From assembly GCA_965219455.1 (NCBI GenBank), contig OZ244744.1, forward strand, positions 1,056,001 through 1,120,000: DNA of 64,000 nucleotides. The letters run 5' to 3'. This document shows, one piece after another, positions 29,969 to 39,217 of this stretch (position 1 is the first letter of the stretch; the number at the start of each line of letters is the position of its first letter). Below the pieces are notes generated by a model that ran no database searches, was not told the origin of the DNA, and worked only from the letters and a program-made list of their open reading frames with translations. Source of the DNA: Candidatus Latescibacterota bacterium. GTDB lineage: Bacteria > Latescibacterota > UBA2968 > GCA-2709665. Made by a program: the position numbers and the translations under genes.

Positions 29969-30231
29969 ATAGTCCTCCCTGAAAAGCGTAAGACGTCAGA
30001 CGTGAGAAGGAAGACGGAAAAGCATGTCGTTTTCTCCCTCCTTACTCCTTGCATATAAAATAAGCTCCTGGAGGTCTGCCCAGACATTCAATACATCTCA
30101 AAGGCGTAAGTGCAGGACGTTAAATTTAAAAAAGTCACAATAAGGATTCGGTCTTCTCACTTCTCCCGTCTTTCCACTTTCTTCTCACCGCCTTTAATAA
30201 TCAATCATCCGTCGATGTCAAGCGGAATCGC

Positions 30232-30260
30232 TTGACGGAGGGCGGCCGAACCACTATCTT
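30232..30260 (+). promoter_or_regulatory. Sigma70-type promoter of the thiamine operon
   Basis: TTGACG-N17-TATCTT immediately upstream of the TPP aptamer. Confidence 0.7.
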
Positions 30261-30263
30261 AAC

Positions 30264-30343
30264 CTTGCAGGGGTGCTCGCCCGCCGAGCTGAGAACATAC
30301 CCTTTGAACCTGATCCGGATTATGCCGGCGCAGGGAGTCCAAG
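30264..30343 (+). ncRNA. TPP riboswitch aptamer
   Basis: GGGGTGC...GCTGAGA...ACCCTTTGAACCTGATCCGGATTATGCCGGCGCAGGGA, upstream of thi genes. Confidence 0.96.
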
Positions 30344-30355
30344 AACCGCACCCCA

Positions 30356-30392
30356 GCCGCTTTTCGACCTGATCGAGGGCGGCGGCTTTTTT
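30356..30392 (+). terminator. Intrinsic terminator (riboswitch expression platform)
   Basis: GCCGCTTTTCGA CCTGA TCGAGGGCGGC stem followed by GGCTTTTTT. Confidence 0.75.
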
Positions 30393-30405
30393 AGGACTGT
30401 GTCAG

Positions 30406-31542
30406 GTGCCATCGGACCGGATCATTATCATCGGCGCGGGCATTATCGGGCTCGGCATCGGCTGGCGACTGGCCAGGGCGGGGCGGGACGTCCTGATTTT
30501 CGATAGAGACCGCGCGGGTCAGGCCGCAAGCCGGGCCTCAGCCGGTATGCTCACGCCCCTGGCGGAGGTGCGTCACGAAGAAGAAGCGCTCCTGCGCCTT
30601 GGCCTGAAGAGTCTCCGTCGCTTCCCCGATTTTGTCGCTGAGCTCGAATCCGACAGTGGTTTGTCAGTCGCCTATCGCCCGGACGGCGTCCTTCTGGTCG
30701 GCGTCACCCGCGATGACATTGAATACCTCCGTTTCCGCTATGGCTATCAGCAGGACCTGGGCCTGCCCGTCGAGTGGCTTAACGGAGCCGAAGCGCGCGC
30801 GCGGGAGCCTCATCTTTCGCCTCAGATCGGCGCCGCGGTCTGGTGCCCGGGAGACCATCAGGTGGACAATCGCCTGCTGGTGGAAGCCCTGCGGCGGGCA
30901 TTTCTCAAGGCCGGCGGATCCCTCAGGGAATCCACGCCGGTCGAGACCCTCGACATCGCTCGGAACCGGGTCCACGGCGTCATAGCCGAGGACAAGACTT
31001 ATCCGGCGGAGACGGTCATCCTGGCCGCCGGCTGCTGGTCCCGCCTCATCCCGGGCCTTCCCGACGCCGCCAAACCCCCTGTCCGCCCCGTGCGGGGCCA
31101 GATCCTCCGCCTGCAAATGACCGACGACTGCACGCTGAAAACCATCGTATGGTACAACCGCACCGCATCATCGGCGGTCGCCTACCTGTGTCCAAAAGAC
31201 GGCGGGCGCCTGGTGTTGGGGGCCACTTCCGAAGAAATGGGTTTCAATGGGAGCCTGACGGCGGGCGGCGTATTCGAACTCCTGCGCGCCGCCTGGGAGG
31301 TCGTTCCCGGAATCTACGACCTGCCGATCATCGAAACCGCCGCCGGTCTTCGCCCGGGCAGCCGGGACGACGCGCCCATCCTCGGGAAAACCTCCGTCGA
31401 CGGCCTCATTATGGCCACGGGCCACTACCGCAAGGGCATCCTGCTCGCTCCCATCACCGCCGATGCCCTTGCCGAACTCATACTCACGGGCCACACGCCG
31501 GAAGAAATCCGACCCTTCGGCATCGACCGCTTCGTCGCCTGA
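30406..31542 (+). CDS. thiO: Glycine oxidase ThiO
   Basis: Motifs IIGAGIIG, ASRASAGML, PVRGQ, GLRPGS and GHYRKGILLAP; operon context. Confidence 0.93.
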   Translation: MPSDRIIIIGAGIIGLGIGWRLARAGRDVLIFDRDRAGQAASRASAGMLTPLAEVRHEEEALLRLGLKSLRRFPDFVAELESDSGLSVAYRPDGVLLVGVTRDDIEYLRFRYGYQQDLGLPVEWLNGAEARAREPHLSPQIGAAVWCPGDHQVDNRLLVEALRRAFLKAGGSLRESTPVETLDIARNRVHGVIAEDKTYPAETVILAAGCWSRLIPGLPDAAKPPVRPVRGQILRLQMTDDCTLKTIVWYNRTASSAVAYLCPKDGGRLVLGATSEEMGFNGSLTAGGVFELLRAAWEVVPGIYDLPIIETAAGLRPGSRDDAPILGKTSVDGLIMATGHYRKGILLAPITADALAELILTGHTPEEIRPFGIDRFVA

Positions 31543-31553
31543 AACATAACACC

Positions 31554-31760
31554 ATGCAGATTACTTTGAACGGGGAAAACAGAACGGTCGACAACGGCAT
31601 CTCCATCCGGGATCTGCTGATCGACCTTTCGCACGACCCGGGCCGCAGGGGCATCGCGGTTGCCGTCAACGCCGAAATCGTATCCGGAGCGGAGTGGTCG
31701 ACAACCCGGCTGGAAAACGGGGACAGGGTGGACATCATCGCAGCGGTACAGGGCGGATAG
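31554..31760 (+). CDS. thiS: Sulfur carrier protein ThiS
   Basis: MQITLNGE...IAVAVN...[13 protein letters not shown] with terminal GG. Confidence 0.95.
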   Translation: MQITLNGENRTVDNGISIRDLLIDLSHDPGRRGIAVAVNAEIVSGAEWSTTRLENGDRVDIIAAVQGG

Positions 31761-31885
31761 TTTTCTGCCGCCCGCACCGCGAAGCGCGCGGCGCGGTGAG
31801 CGACGTCATTCCATTGTCGTACAGGCCGCAGGGGCATCCGCTTCCGGCGGTCCCTATGTCCGAACCATTTCCAGAGAGGGGAAAT

Positions 31886-32665
31886 ATGTCTGATGGTCTG
31901 ACCATTGCAGGCGCGACGTACAGTTCCCGTCTCATCATCGGGACGGCCCGTTATCCCAATATGCAGATTATGCTGAACGCCATCCGCGCCAGCGGCGCGG
32001 ACATTGTCACCGTCGGCATCCGTCGAATCAACCTGGAGGATCCCTCCGGCGAGAGCCTGATCGATCTGATCGACCGTGAGAGATATACGCTGCTGCCCAA
32101 CACCGCCGGATGTTTCACCGCCCGTGACGCCGTGCTCACGGCCAGGCTCGCGCGCGAAGCCCTTGAAACCGACCTGATCAAGCTGGAGGTCATCGGCGAC
32201 GAGAACACCCTCTTCCCTGACGTCGCGGGCCTGCTGGAAGCGGCGGACGAACTGATTCGGGACGGCTTTACAGTGTTGCCCTACTGCAACGACGACCCCG
32301 TAACGTGCAAGAAACTGGAAGACGCCGGCTGCGCCGCGGTCATGCCGCTCGGCGCGCCCATCGGCTCCGGAATGGGCATTCGCAATCCCTACAATCTCCG
32401 CATTATCCTGGACACTGTCGACCTCCCCGTTATCGTCGACGCGGGCGTGGGCACCGCCTCCGATGCCGCTGTCGCGATGGAACTCGGCTGCGACGGCGTG
32501 ATGCTGAACACGGCCGTGGCCGGCGCCCGCCACCCCGTACGAATGGCCGAAGCCATGGGGCAGGCCGTCCGTGCGGGCCGCCTCGCGTACGAGGCCGGGC
32601 GCATCCCGCAAAAGCTCTACGCCACGGCATCCACGCCCACAGAGGGCGCAGTCCGCCATGAATGA
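31886..32665 (+). CDS. thiG: Thiazole synthase ThiG
   Basis: Motifs [33 protein letters not shown] and VDAGVG. Confidence 0.96.
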   Translation: MSDGLTIAGATYSSRLIIGTARYPNMQIMLNAIRASGADIVTVGIRRINLEDPSGESLIDLIDRERYTLLPNTAGCFTARDAVLTARLAREALETDLIKLEVIGDENTLFPDVAGLLEAADELIRDGFTVLPYCNDDPVTCKKLEDAGCAAVMPLGAPIGSGMGIRNPYNLRIILDTVDLPVIVDAGVGTASDAAVAMELGCDGVMLNTAVAGARHPVRMAEAMGQAVRAGRLAYEAGRIPQKLYATASTPTEGAVRHE

Positions 32666-33323
32666 GGCAGCGCGCGAACTGAAGTTGCCGCCCCTTTATT
32701 TGATCGCGGACCGCGCGACGTGTGCGCCCCGCCCCCTGGAGGACGTGCTCGCGGAGGCGCTGGACGCCGGCGTCCGCCTCGTCCAGCTGAGGGAAAAGGA
32801 ACTCGAAATCCACCCGCTCCGTCAACTGGCGGCGCGTCTCCAGCGCCGGGTCGAGCATTACGACGCGCGCCTGCTCGTTAACACGCATGCGGGGCTTGCA
32901 CGCGATATCGGCGCGGCGGGCGTCCACCTTCCCGCATCAGGACCCGCCCCATCGAGAATTCGACAACAATTCGGAAACCACCTGCTCATCGGCCGTTCAA
33001 CCCACAACAGAAAGGAATGCGGGGAGGCCTGCGGCGCGGATTTTCTCACGTTCAGCCCGATCCATCGTCCGGGCTCGAAACCCGGATACGGTCCCGGCGC
33101 GGGACCCAGGGCCCTTCACCGCGCCACGGGATACTCATCCCTTCCTGTCTACGCACTGGGCGGCATCACGCCCGGACGGGTTTCCGCGTGCAAAGGAAAT
33201 GGCGCCGCGGGCGTTGCCGTTATGTCGGGTATCCTCGCCGCTGAAAACGTCACAGCCGCCGTCAGGGCCTATCTCAAGGCCTGGTCTTCCACACCCGAAT
33301 CCGTTTGTCCGCAGCCCACATGA
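32658..33323 (+). CDS. tenI: ThiE-like protein, probably thiazole tautomerase TenI
   Basis: Motifs VQLREKE, GVHL, STH and YALGGI. Has VNT instead of the ThiE VND motif and lacks the GQDD motif found in the second paralog. Confidence 0.6.
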   Translation: MNEAARELKLPPLYLIADRATCAPRPLEDVLAEALDAGVRLVQLREKELEIHPLRQLAARLQRRVEHYDARLLVNTHAGLARDIGAAGVHLPASGPAPSRIRQQFGNHLLIGRSTHNRKECGEACGADFLTFSPIHRPGSKPGYGPGAGPRALHRATGYSSLPVYALGGITPGRVSACKGNGAAGVAVMSGILAAENVTAAVRAYLKAWSSTPESVCPQPT

Positions 33324-34117
33324 AACAGGTCCTCTCCATTGCCGGTTCCGATTCCGGCGGGGGCGCCGGCATCCAGGCCGACCTCAAATCCTTTCACGCC
33401 AACGGCGTTTACGGCCTGTCGGTCATCACAGCGGTTACCGCCCAGAACACGAGGGAGGTCAGGAGGTCGTTCGACCTGCCCGTGGATCTTATCGAAGCCC
33501 AGATCGACGCGATATTCGATGACTTCGACGTTTCCGCGGTGAAGACCGGCATGCTCTCATCCGGGCAAACGGTCAACGTCGTCGCCGCGAAACTCGCCGA
33601 ACACCAGGTTTCCAATCTGGTGGTGGACCCGGTCATGGTCTCCTCAAGCGGCTTCGACCTGCTTGAACCGGAAGCCGCCGCGAGCGTAAAACAGCACCTC
33701 CTGCCCCTGGCCTCGCTCGTCACGCCCAACCTGCGCGAGGCTCAGGTATTGGCAGGAATGCCCGTCGAAACCCTGGAACATGCGAAGGCGGCGGCGCGTA
33801 TCATCTTCGATGCGGGCCCCGGGGCCGTGCTGGTTAAAGGCGGGCACCTGTTCGATCCCCATGCCGCGGTGGACGTGCTCTTTGACGGATCCCAGGAAAC
33901 CGTTTTTTCCGGCGAACGAATTCCTCACCGGAACACGCACGGCACGGGTTGTACCCTCTCGGCCGCCATCGCGGCAAACCTCGCCAGGGGCCAGGGCCTC
34001 GTATCGGCCGTTGAAAATGCGAAAACGTACGTCACCGAAGCCATTCGCCACGGTCTCTCCATCGGCCGCGGCCACGGCCCCACCCATCATTTCTTCTTCC
34101 TGGACGGCGACAAATGA
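33320..34117 (+). CDS. thiD: Hydroxymethylpyrimidine/phosphomethylpyrimidine kinase ThiD
   Basis: Motifs IAGSDSGGGAGIQADLK, VDPVM, TPN, KGGH and HGTGCT. Confidence 0.96.
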   Translation: MKQVLSIAGSDSGGGAGIQADLKSFHANGVYGLSVITAVTAQNTREVRRSFDLPVDLIEAQIDAIFDDFDVSAVKTGMLSSGQTVNVVAAKLAEHQVSNLVVDPVMVSSSGFDLLEPEAAASVKQHLLPLASLVTPNLREAQVLAGMPVETLEHAKAAARIIFDAGPGAVLVKGGHLFDPHAAVDVLFDGSQETVFSGERIPHRNTHGTGCTLSAAIAANLARGQGLVSAVENAKTYVTEAIRHGLSIGRGHGPTHHFFFLDGDK

Positions 34118-34794
34118 AGAAAATCGGCGCCCTCCACATTCTTACGGACACCGATTTACAGACCCGATACACCCACGCCGATCTGGCCAGGCTGGCAGTC
34201 GCGGGCGGCGCCGACACCGTGCAATACCGACAGAAAACCGGCCACACGCGCGATATGATCGAATCCGCTCGAGCCATGCGGGACATCTGCGTCAGTTCGG
34301 GCGTTTCCCTCGTTGTCAACGATAGAGTCGACGTCGCCCTCGCCGCCGAAGCCGACGGCGTACACCTCGGCCAGGACGACTTTCCGGTTGCACTTGCCAG
34401 AAATCTTCTCGGCGCGGATCGGATTGTCGGCGTGTCCGCCGGGAATCCGGACGAAGCCCGGCGTGGCATCGCGGAGGGCGCGGATTACGTGGGATTCGGG
34501 CCCATCTTTCCAACCGGCTCGAAGAGCGACGCTGGCGACGCGCAGGGGCTGGAAAAGCTGGCCGATTTCGCCCGCGCCGTCCGGGCGCCCGTGATTGCCA
34601 TCGGCGGTATCGGCGCAGGAAACGCGGCCGGCGTGGTGACGTCCGGGGCCCACGGCATCGCCGTTATATCAGCCGTCTGCTGCCAGGCCGACCCCGAAGC
34701 CGCCACCCGAAAACTGAGCGACCTCATCCAGGCCGCTCAACCGCTCGCTCATGACCGCCAATATCTACAATCTACCGGCCCGCCTCGGGAATGA
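34114..34794 (+). CDS. thiE: Thiamine-phosphate synthase ThiE
   Basis: Motifs QYRQK, VNDRVD, GVHLGQDD, GPIFPTGSK and AIGGI. Confidence 0.93.
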   Translation: MKKIGALHILTDTDLQTRYTHADLARLAVAGGADTVQYRQKTGHTRDMIESARAMRDICVSSGVSLVVNDRVDVALAAEADGVHLGQDDFPVALARNLLGADRIVGVSAGNPDEARRGIAEGADYVGFGPIFPTGSKSDAGDAQGLEKLADFARAVRAPVIAIGGIGAGNAAGVVTSGAHGIAVISAVCCQADPEAATRKLSDLIQAAQPLAHDRQYLQSTGPPRE

Positions 34795-34868
34795 AGAGCA
34801 GTTCACCCGCCTCATTCCGGACCGGGGTGTGCTCATCGAACGCATCGTCTCCACCGGACAGGCCACCG
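34751..34868 (+). pseudogene. N-terminal remnant of a small cupin-family gene
   Basis: NIYNLPARLGNEEQFTRLIPDRGVLIERIVSTGQAT resembles the IERIVS.GQ cupin family. The expected WYDQ..EWV part is absent. Confidence 0.55.
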
Positions 34869-34897
34869 GGGGCATCGGAAGGATCGGCGTTTTCTCG

Positions 34898-34926
34898 TTG
34901 ACATCCCGTTTTTGCCGGTCTATCTT
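34898..34926 (+). promoter_or_regulatory. Sigma70-type promoter
   Basis: TTGACA-N17-TATCTT; the -10 hexamer is identical to that of the thi promoter. Confidence 0.7.
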
Positions 34927-34932
34927 ATCCCG

Positions 34933-35049
34933 CAAGCCATTGCCCAGGCACCAGAGGTAGCCAACCTTTAGCGGCACCTGAGAATCGTGCAATCGATCTT
35001 CAGCCCGCAAATACCACTACCTTGGGGCCTCTGGTAATGGCCTTTTTTT
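34933..35049 (+). ncRNA. Putative stand-alone structured small RNA (6S-like rod)
   Basis: Promoter upstream, T7 run at the 3' end, long end-to-end pairing with a central bubble, and no + strand gene downstream. Confidence 0.55.
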
Positions 35050-35097
35050 GTGCGGTTCCGCAATCTGTCATCCCTCGAAAGTGAGCCGAAGGCAACG

Positions 35098-38000
35098 TTA
35101 CCGCACTGCTCTGTGGGCCGATCGCATCACCTCGAACCGATCGCCCGCATTCAGGTCGCACACCAGAAACCGGTCTCCCACCTTCAACGCGGAACCATAG
35201 CGCGGATCCTGGAACCGGAAACAGTTGATCGTACCGGTCGCCGGATCGTCGACGCCTATCGCGCTCGTGAAAGTCCGTTCTTCCGGACCGAGAATATCGG
35301 GCCCCGCCGTCTCGATAGACCCTATGGCTTTGCCTTCCGAGTGGATCGCCTTTCCGTCGAACAGTCCACCCGGGCAGGCTTCCAGCTTGGTCATGCAGGT
35401 GTCGGTCGCGAACAACCCTCTCTCCCGGTCCACGTATCGCACCACGCCCTCGGACAGATTCAGCGACATGTTCAACCGGACCCGGTGCCGGTTTCCATCC
35501 ATCGACTCAACGGAGATGACCTCACAGCTGGAATTACAGATATAGGCCGGATTCCTGAAAACGATCACATCCCCGTTCACAATCTCGTCCCCGGAATCCA
35601 GGGCCACAACGACTGACCGATCTTCCGGATCGACGGCATCCACGCGGCCGGCCGGTAACGCCGCGCCTTCAAGGACCTCGTCTCCAAATCGCAACCGGAC
35701 CCCCTGTAACACATGGAGGTCGCACCCTCCGGACTCATACACGGTAATCCTCGCCACCTCCGCGTCGAACGCCACGGGAATCCCGTCGATCTCCGCTGTA
35801 CAGACCGAACCCTTATCCAACCTGCGGAACACGTAATCGGTTCGTCCATCCAGGCATACCTTCACGCCGATGCCGCCGGAGACGGTCAATGCTTCCACCG
35901 ACCTCACGAACGGACGGCCCTGGTACGGCTCCAGCACGCCTGCGAAAAGCGTCTCGTCTTCGTCGCTCGAATGTTTGACCGCCACGCACGCATCCCAGGG
36001 ACTCTGTCCGAAAAACCCGTATCCCTCGCCCTTCCCGTGGATGATCTCCCGGTTGCGATCTCCCAGCATCGTCAGCCGAATGCCCGTATTCTCCTCATCC
36101 CCCACCCGCCACGTGGCAGACCACAACCCGTCACAGAACGTCCGGCCGACATCTTTGATAAATCCCAATCCGGGTGAGGTCCCGAATGCGACGTCCTCAC
36201 CCGCGGCCGTGCCTCGAGCCTGTCGCACCGTCTCAGTCCCCGCTGGAAATTCCATCCTGAAGTCCTCGCCGTCATCCCCGCTCAAACTCCGGAACATATA
36301 GTCGTGCGTCGCTCCGCCGCGCACGCGGAAGAGGTCAACCACGTACGCGTCGGAACCGGGCGCATCCACCATCACCAGCGTCCGTTCGTACACCTCCGCG
36401 CATCCCGGATACGCCCTTTTTCCGGATGCGCAGACGGCCTGCATTCCGGGCGTCCGCCCGTAGAACCGCAGGCTGCCCGTGGCGAGTTCCTGAGCTTGCC
36501 CGTCGATGCAAACGGTCGCATGGCTGGCGGTGTGCTTCTCCCAACCGTCCACTTTCTTGTGTGTAAACGTCGTTGGATACCCCAGATCGCACGCCAGGTC
36601 GTACCCGAACGTGATAAGGTTGATCGACAGTTTGTCCCGGTGACCGTGCCCGCCGCTGCCCTTTCCGTAATTCAATACCAGGTGCTTCCGTGACGCAATA
36701 TCGTCTCCAGTCCTCAGGATAGCCACGCCGGAATCGTGAAAGAGCGCCGTCCGCGGCACATATTTCTCGGTTTCACCGCGAACCGGATCCGCGTGAAACA
36801 AGAGGTTGGCGTCGGCGTAACGCGCTCTGACCCGGTCCACGTTCCCTTCCGAAAGCGCAAGCAGACGCTTGCGATACCCGGCGTCCCCGGTGTGGATATA
36901 TGCCAGTTCTTCAACATCGCAGTTCGCAAGCGGATCCAGCACCTTCATCCTGGAATCGCCGCCGCCCGTATCGCCGATTGCGGGAATCCGGCCATCGCAG
37001 TAGATGTTGCGGGCGAATTCTATGGACTCCCGGATTCTAAGGCGGGAATCCCGGATCCGGTCCGCGTCCTTCATCGAAAACAGGCGGTCCAGAATCGTCC
37101 GTGTAATTGAACTCACTGTGTAACCGGGTGCATCGTACCACCACTTTCCATCCCGGAACGTGTTGTTGGTCAGATTCACCGCCAACCCGCACCGCCCTTC
37201 GATGGCCTCTTCAACCAGTTCTTCATTGGCAAGCAGGTCGCCCAGCGCCCAGAGCACCAACCCCTCCCGGATGATATAGTCACCCGTCTGGATCGCCATG
37301 GCCCGGTGCAGCCACTCGTACATATATCCGAACAGATTGTGCCGAATATTGTACCGGATGTCCTCCGAATCTAATCGCCCGTCCCCGTTGTAGTCACAGT
37401 CTCCCTTCGACCTGAAGAATGCCAGGAGCGCTTCGTCTTGCAACATTGAGTCCATTACCAGGTCACAGGCCGTCATACAGTTGTAAATCGGCATCTCCTC
37501 CCAACTCACCTGCACCAGATATCCCCGCGTCAGAGGACGTTGCTCGTCCACCGTTCCATTGTAGAACCGGTAGACCTCCGCCAGCCGGTTCAGCATGACA
37601 CCCGCTCTGTGCGCGTACCGCTCGTCTCCTGTAATTGCGTAGGCGCGGGACAACTGTACTACGGCCGTGTCGCCGGTATAGGCATCAGGAGACGCGATTG
37701 TCAACTCGTAAGGATGAAAAAACAACTTTGAGAGTGCGTAATACCGCCACGCGGAATTGAAGTGGTAGATCGTACCGGGGTTGGCGAACCCCTCCGGCGC
37801 GGTCCATCCGTCGTCGTCGTCCCACACCTCCACCGGCTCTCCAGTTGCCGGATTGTGAACAACCGCCCCGTTGTACCACCACTCCCTTCCGATCACGCAT
37901 TGCCACCGGTAATCCAGCGCCGTATTCGTCCGCATGCATTTGCGACCTCCGCCGTGGATCGGACAGCCCCGCTCGTAACTGGGCGATATCGCTCGCGGAT

Positions 38001-38742
38001 TCTGCGTGGGTATCATCCCGTAGATGAACTCATCGTCCTTGTCCAGCCACCATGAGGCGTCCTTCAGAATTTTCTCCGCATGAATCCCGCCCCACGCCGT
38101 CGAAGCCCGGTTCCGCCGCGCCCGCGCGATTTCGTCCGCTCCCACCGGCCCCACCGACTGGCGTTCACCGGGCGACCGATCGATGCGGTCCAACACCTCC
38201 CGCGTGATCTCCTTCCGTGCCGCTTGAAAATTGTGCTCCCATTCCTCCCGCAGTGCATCCCTGATTTTCAGAAAATCCACCGCCGGACCTTCCGCAAACG
38301 AGCCGTATACCTCAAATTGCGCGACATGCATCCGTCCCGGCGTTGATTCCGGGCCTCCGTCCGCGTTCTGCCATATCCGTACCGCCTCGACCTGCACGGG
38401 ATCGAAAACCAGCAGAGTCTTGAACTCGGGTTCCGGGATGTCCCGCGCCACGATGGCAACCCACGCACCGTCAACCCGGCCCTGAACTTCGACCCTGCGG
38501 GAGGACTCGGGCAAACGTCCCTTCCCCCAGTAAATCTCCACCCGGTCAACCCGGGCGAGGCTCGGAAACACAACCGCCGCCCACTGCGGCAGTCGTTCCG
38601 ACGCCGAGGCCCAGGCCGTATCGCTCGTGGAGGGGTCTTCAGTCGGCCTGACACCATCGTTGATCCTGGATGCGTGGTGGTTGTACGAAATGCTGCTCAC
38701 GTACGGCCGGCTGCCATTCCTGTACAATGCCAGATTTAACAT
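35098..38742 (-). CDS. Large heparinase II/III-like protein with N-terminal discoidin/CBM-like domain
   Basis: N-terminal NLAL...INDG...TAWAS; alpha/alpha-toroid-like middle; C-terminal motifs GHGHRDKL, DLGY, HTASHATVCIDG and YVVDLFRV. Confidence 0.8.
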   Translation of the reverse strand: MLNLALYRNGSRPYVSSISYNHHASRINDGVRPTEDPSTSDTAWASASERLPQWAAVVFPSLARVDRVEIYWGKGRLPESSRRVEVQGRVDGAWVAIVARDIPEPEFKTLLVFDPVQVEAVRIWQNADGGPESTPGRMHVAQFEVYGSFAEGPAVDFLKIRDALREEWEHNFQAARKEITREVLDRIDRSPGERQSVGPVGADEIARARRNRASTAWGGIHAEKILKDASWWLDKDDEFIYGMIPTQNPRAISPSYERGCPIHGGGRKCMRTNTALDYRWQCVIGREWWYNGAVVHNPATGEPVEVWDDDDGWTAPEGFANPGTIYHFNSAWRYYALSKLFFHPYELTIASPDAYTGDTAVVQLSRAYAITGDERYAHRAGVMLNRLAEVYRFYNGTVDEQRPLTRGYLVQVSWEEMPIYNCMTACDLVMDSMLQDEALLAFFRSKGDCDYNGDGRLDSEDIRYNIRHNLFGYMYEWLHRAMAIQTGDYIIREGLVLWALGDLLANEELVEEAIEGRCGLAVNLTNNTFRDGKWWYDAPGYTVSSITRTILDRLFSMKDADRIRDSRLRIRESIEFARNIYCDGRIPAIGDTGGGDSRMKVLDPLANCDVEELAYIHTGDAGYRKRLLALSEGNVDRVRARYADANLLFHADPVRGETEKYVPRTALFHDSGVAILRTGDDIASRKHLVLNYGKGSGGHGHRDKLSINLITFGYDLACDLGYPTTFTHKKVDGWEKHTASHATVCIDGQAQELATGSLRFYGRTPGMQAVCASGKRAYPGCAEVYERTLVMVDAPGSDAYVVDLFRVRGGATHDYMFRSLSGDDGEDFRMEFPAGTETVRQARGTAAGEDVAFGTSPGLGFIKDVGRTFCDGLWSATWRVGDEENTGIRLTMLGDRNREIIHGKGEGYGFFGQSPWDACVAVKHSSDEDETLFAGVLEPYQGRPFVRSVEALTVSGGIGVKVCLDGRTDYVFRRLDKGSVCTAEIDGIPVAFDAEVARITVYESGGCDLHVLQGVRLRFGDEVLEGAALPAGRVDAVDPEDRSVVVALDSGDEIVNGDVIVFRNPAYICNSSCEVISVESMDGNRHRVRLNMSLNLSEGVVRYVDRERGLFATDTCMTKLEACPGGLFDGKAIHSEGKAIGSIETAGPDILGPEERTFTSAIGVDDPATGTINCFRFQDPRYGSALKVGDRFLVCDLNAGDRFEVMRSAHRAVR

Positions 38743-39217
38743 ATCTTACCTCCTGAAGATAGGTCAGGGGTCCTGCGAAAAATTCGGCCTGATTGAATGA
38801 AATCGATCGGCAAGCGTCGAATCCGCCTCCACGACTCGGGGCGGGATCCAACAGGGAGTTTATGCGCGCCACTCGATCCTATCTATTTACCCCGATCTTC
38901 TTACCCCGAAAAAGCGAGATATCGAAACGGTCCGACCTTAAATCGCAAGAAAGTGGAATCCAGGGCAAGTTTTGTACCATTGGACAAGCCTTCAGACTTG
39001 ACATTACAGATATTTTTACGTGATTCTATCCCTGATGAATATATCGGGCTTCGTTTCTCCCAAATGCAAGGGATTTTATTTTGTGGCCTGCTCATCGCCC
39101 ACTCACGTTTCGTCCTTCAAGCTCGCCACGCCCGCGCTACAATGCGCGTTATCGAATCCATTGAAGGTCTCGCTGTCTGCGTCCTCGATCCGGTCGCTTC
39201 CGTCCTGCCCGCGTCCA

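Noticed and set aside
34960-35010. Glycine riboswitch-like CTGAAG...CTCAGG on the minus strand
   Set aside because: Lacks the GGAGA element and a downstream minus-strand gene; promoter and T-run indicate the plus strand.
34933-35049. SRP (4.5S) RNA as identity of the rod RNA
   Set aside because: No CAGG..GGAA..AGCA domain IV motif is visible.
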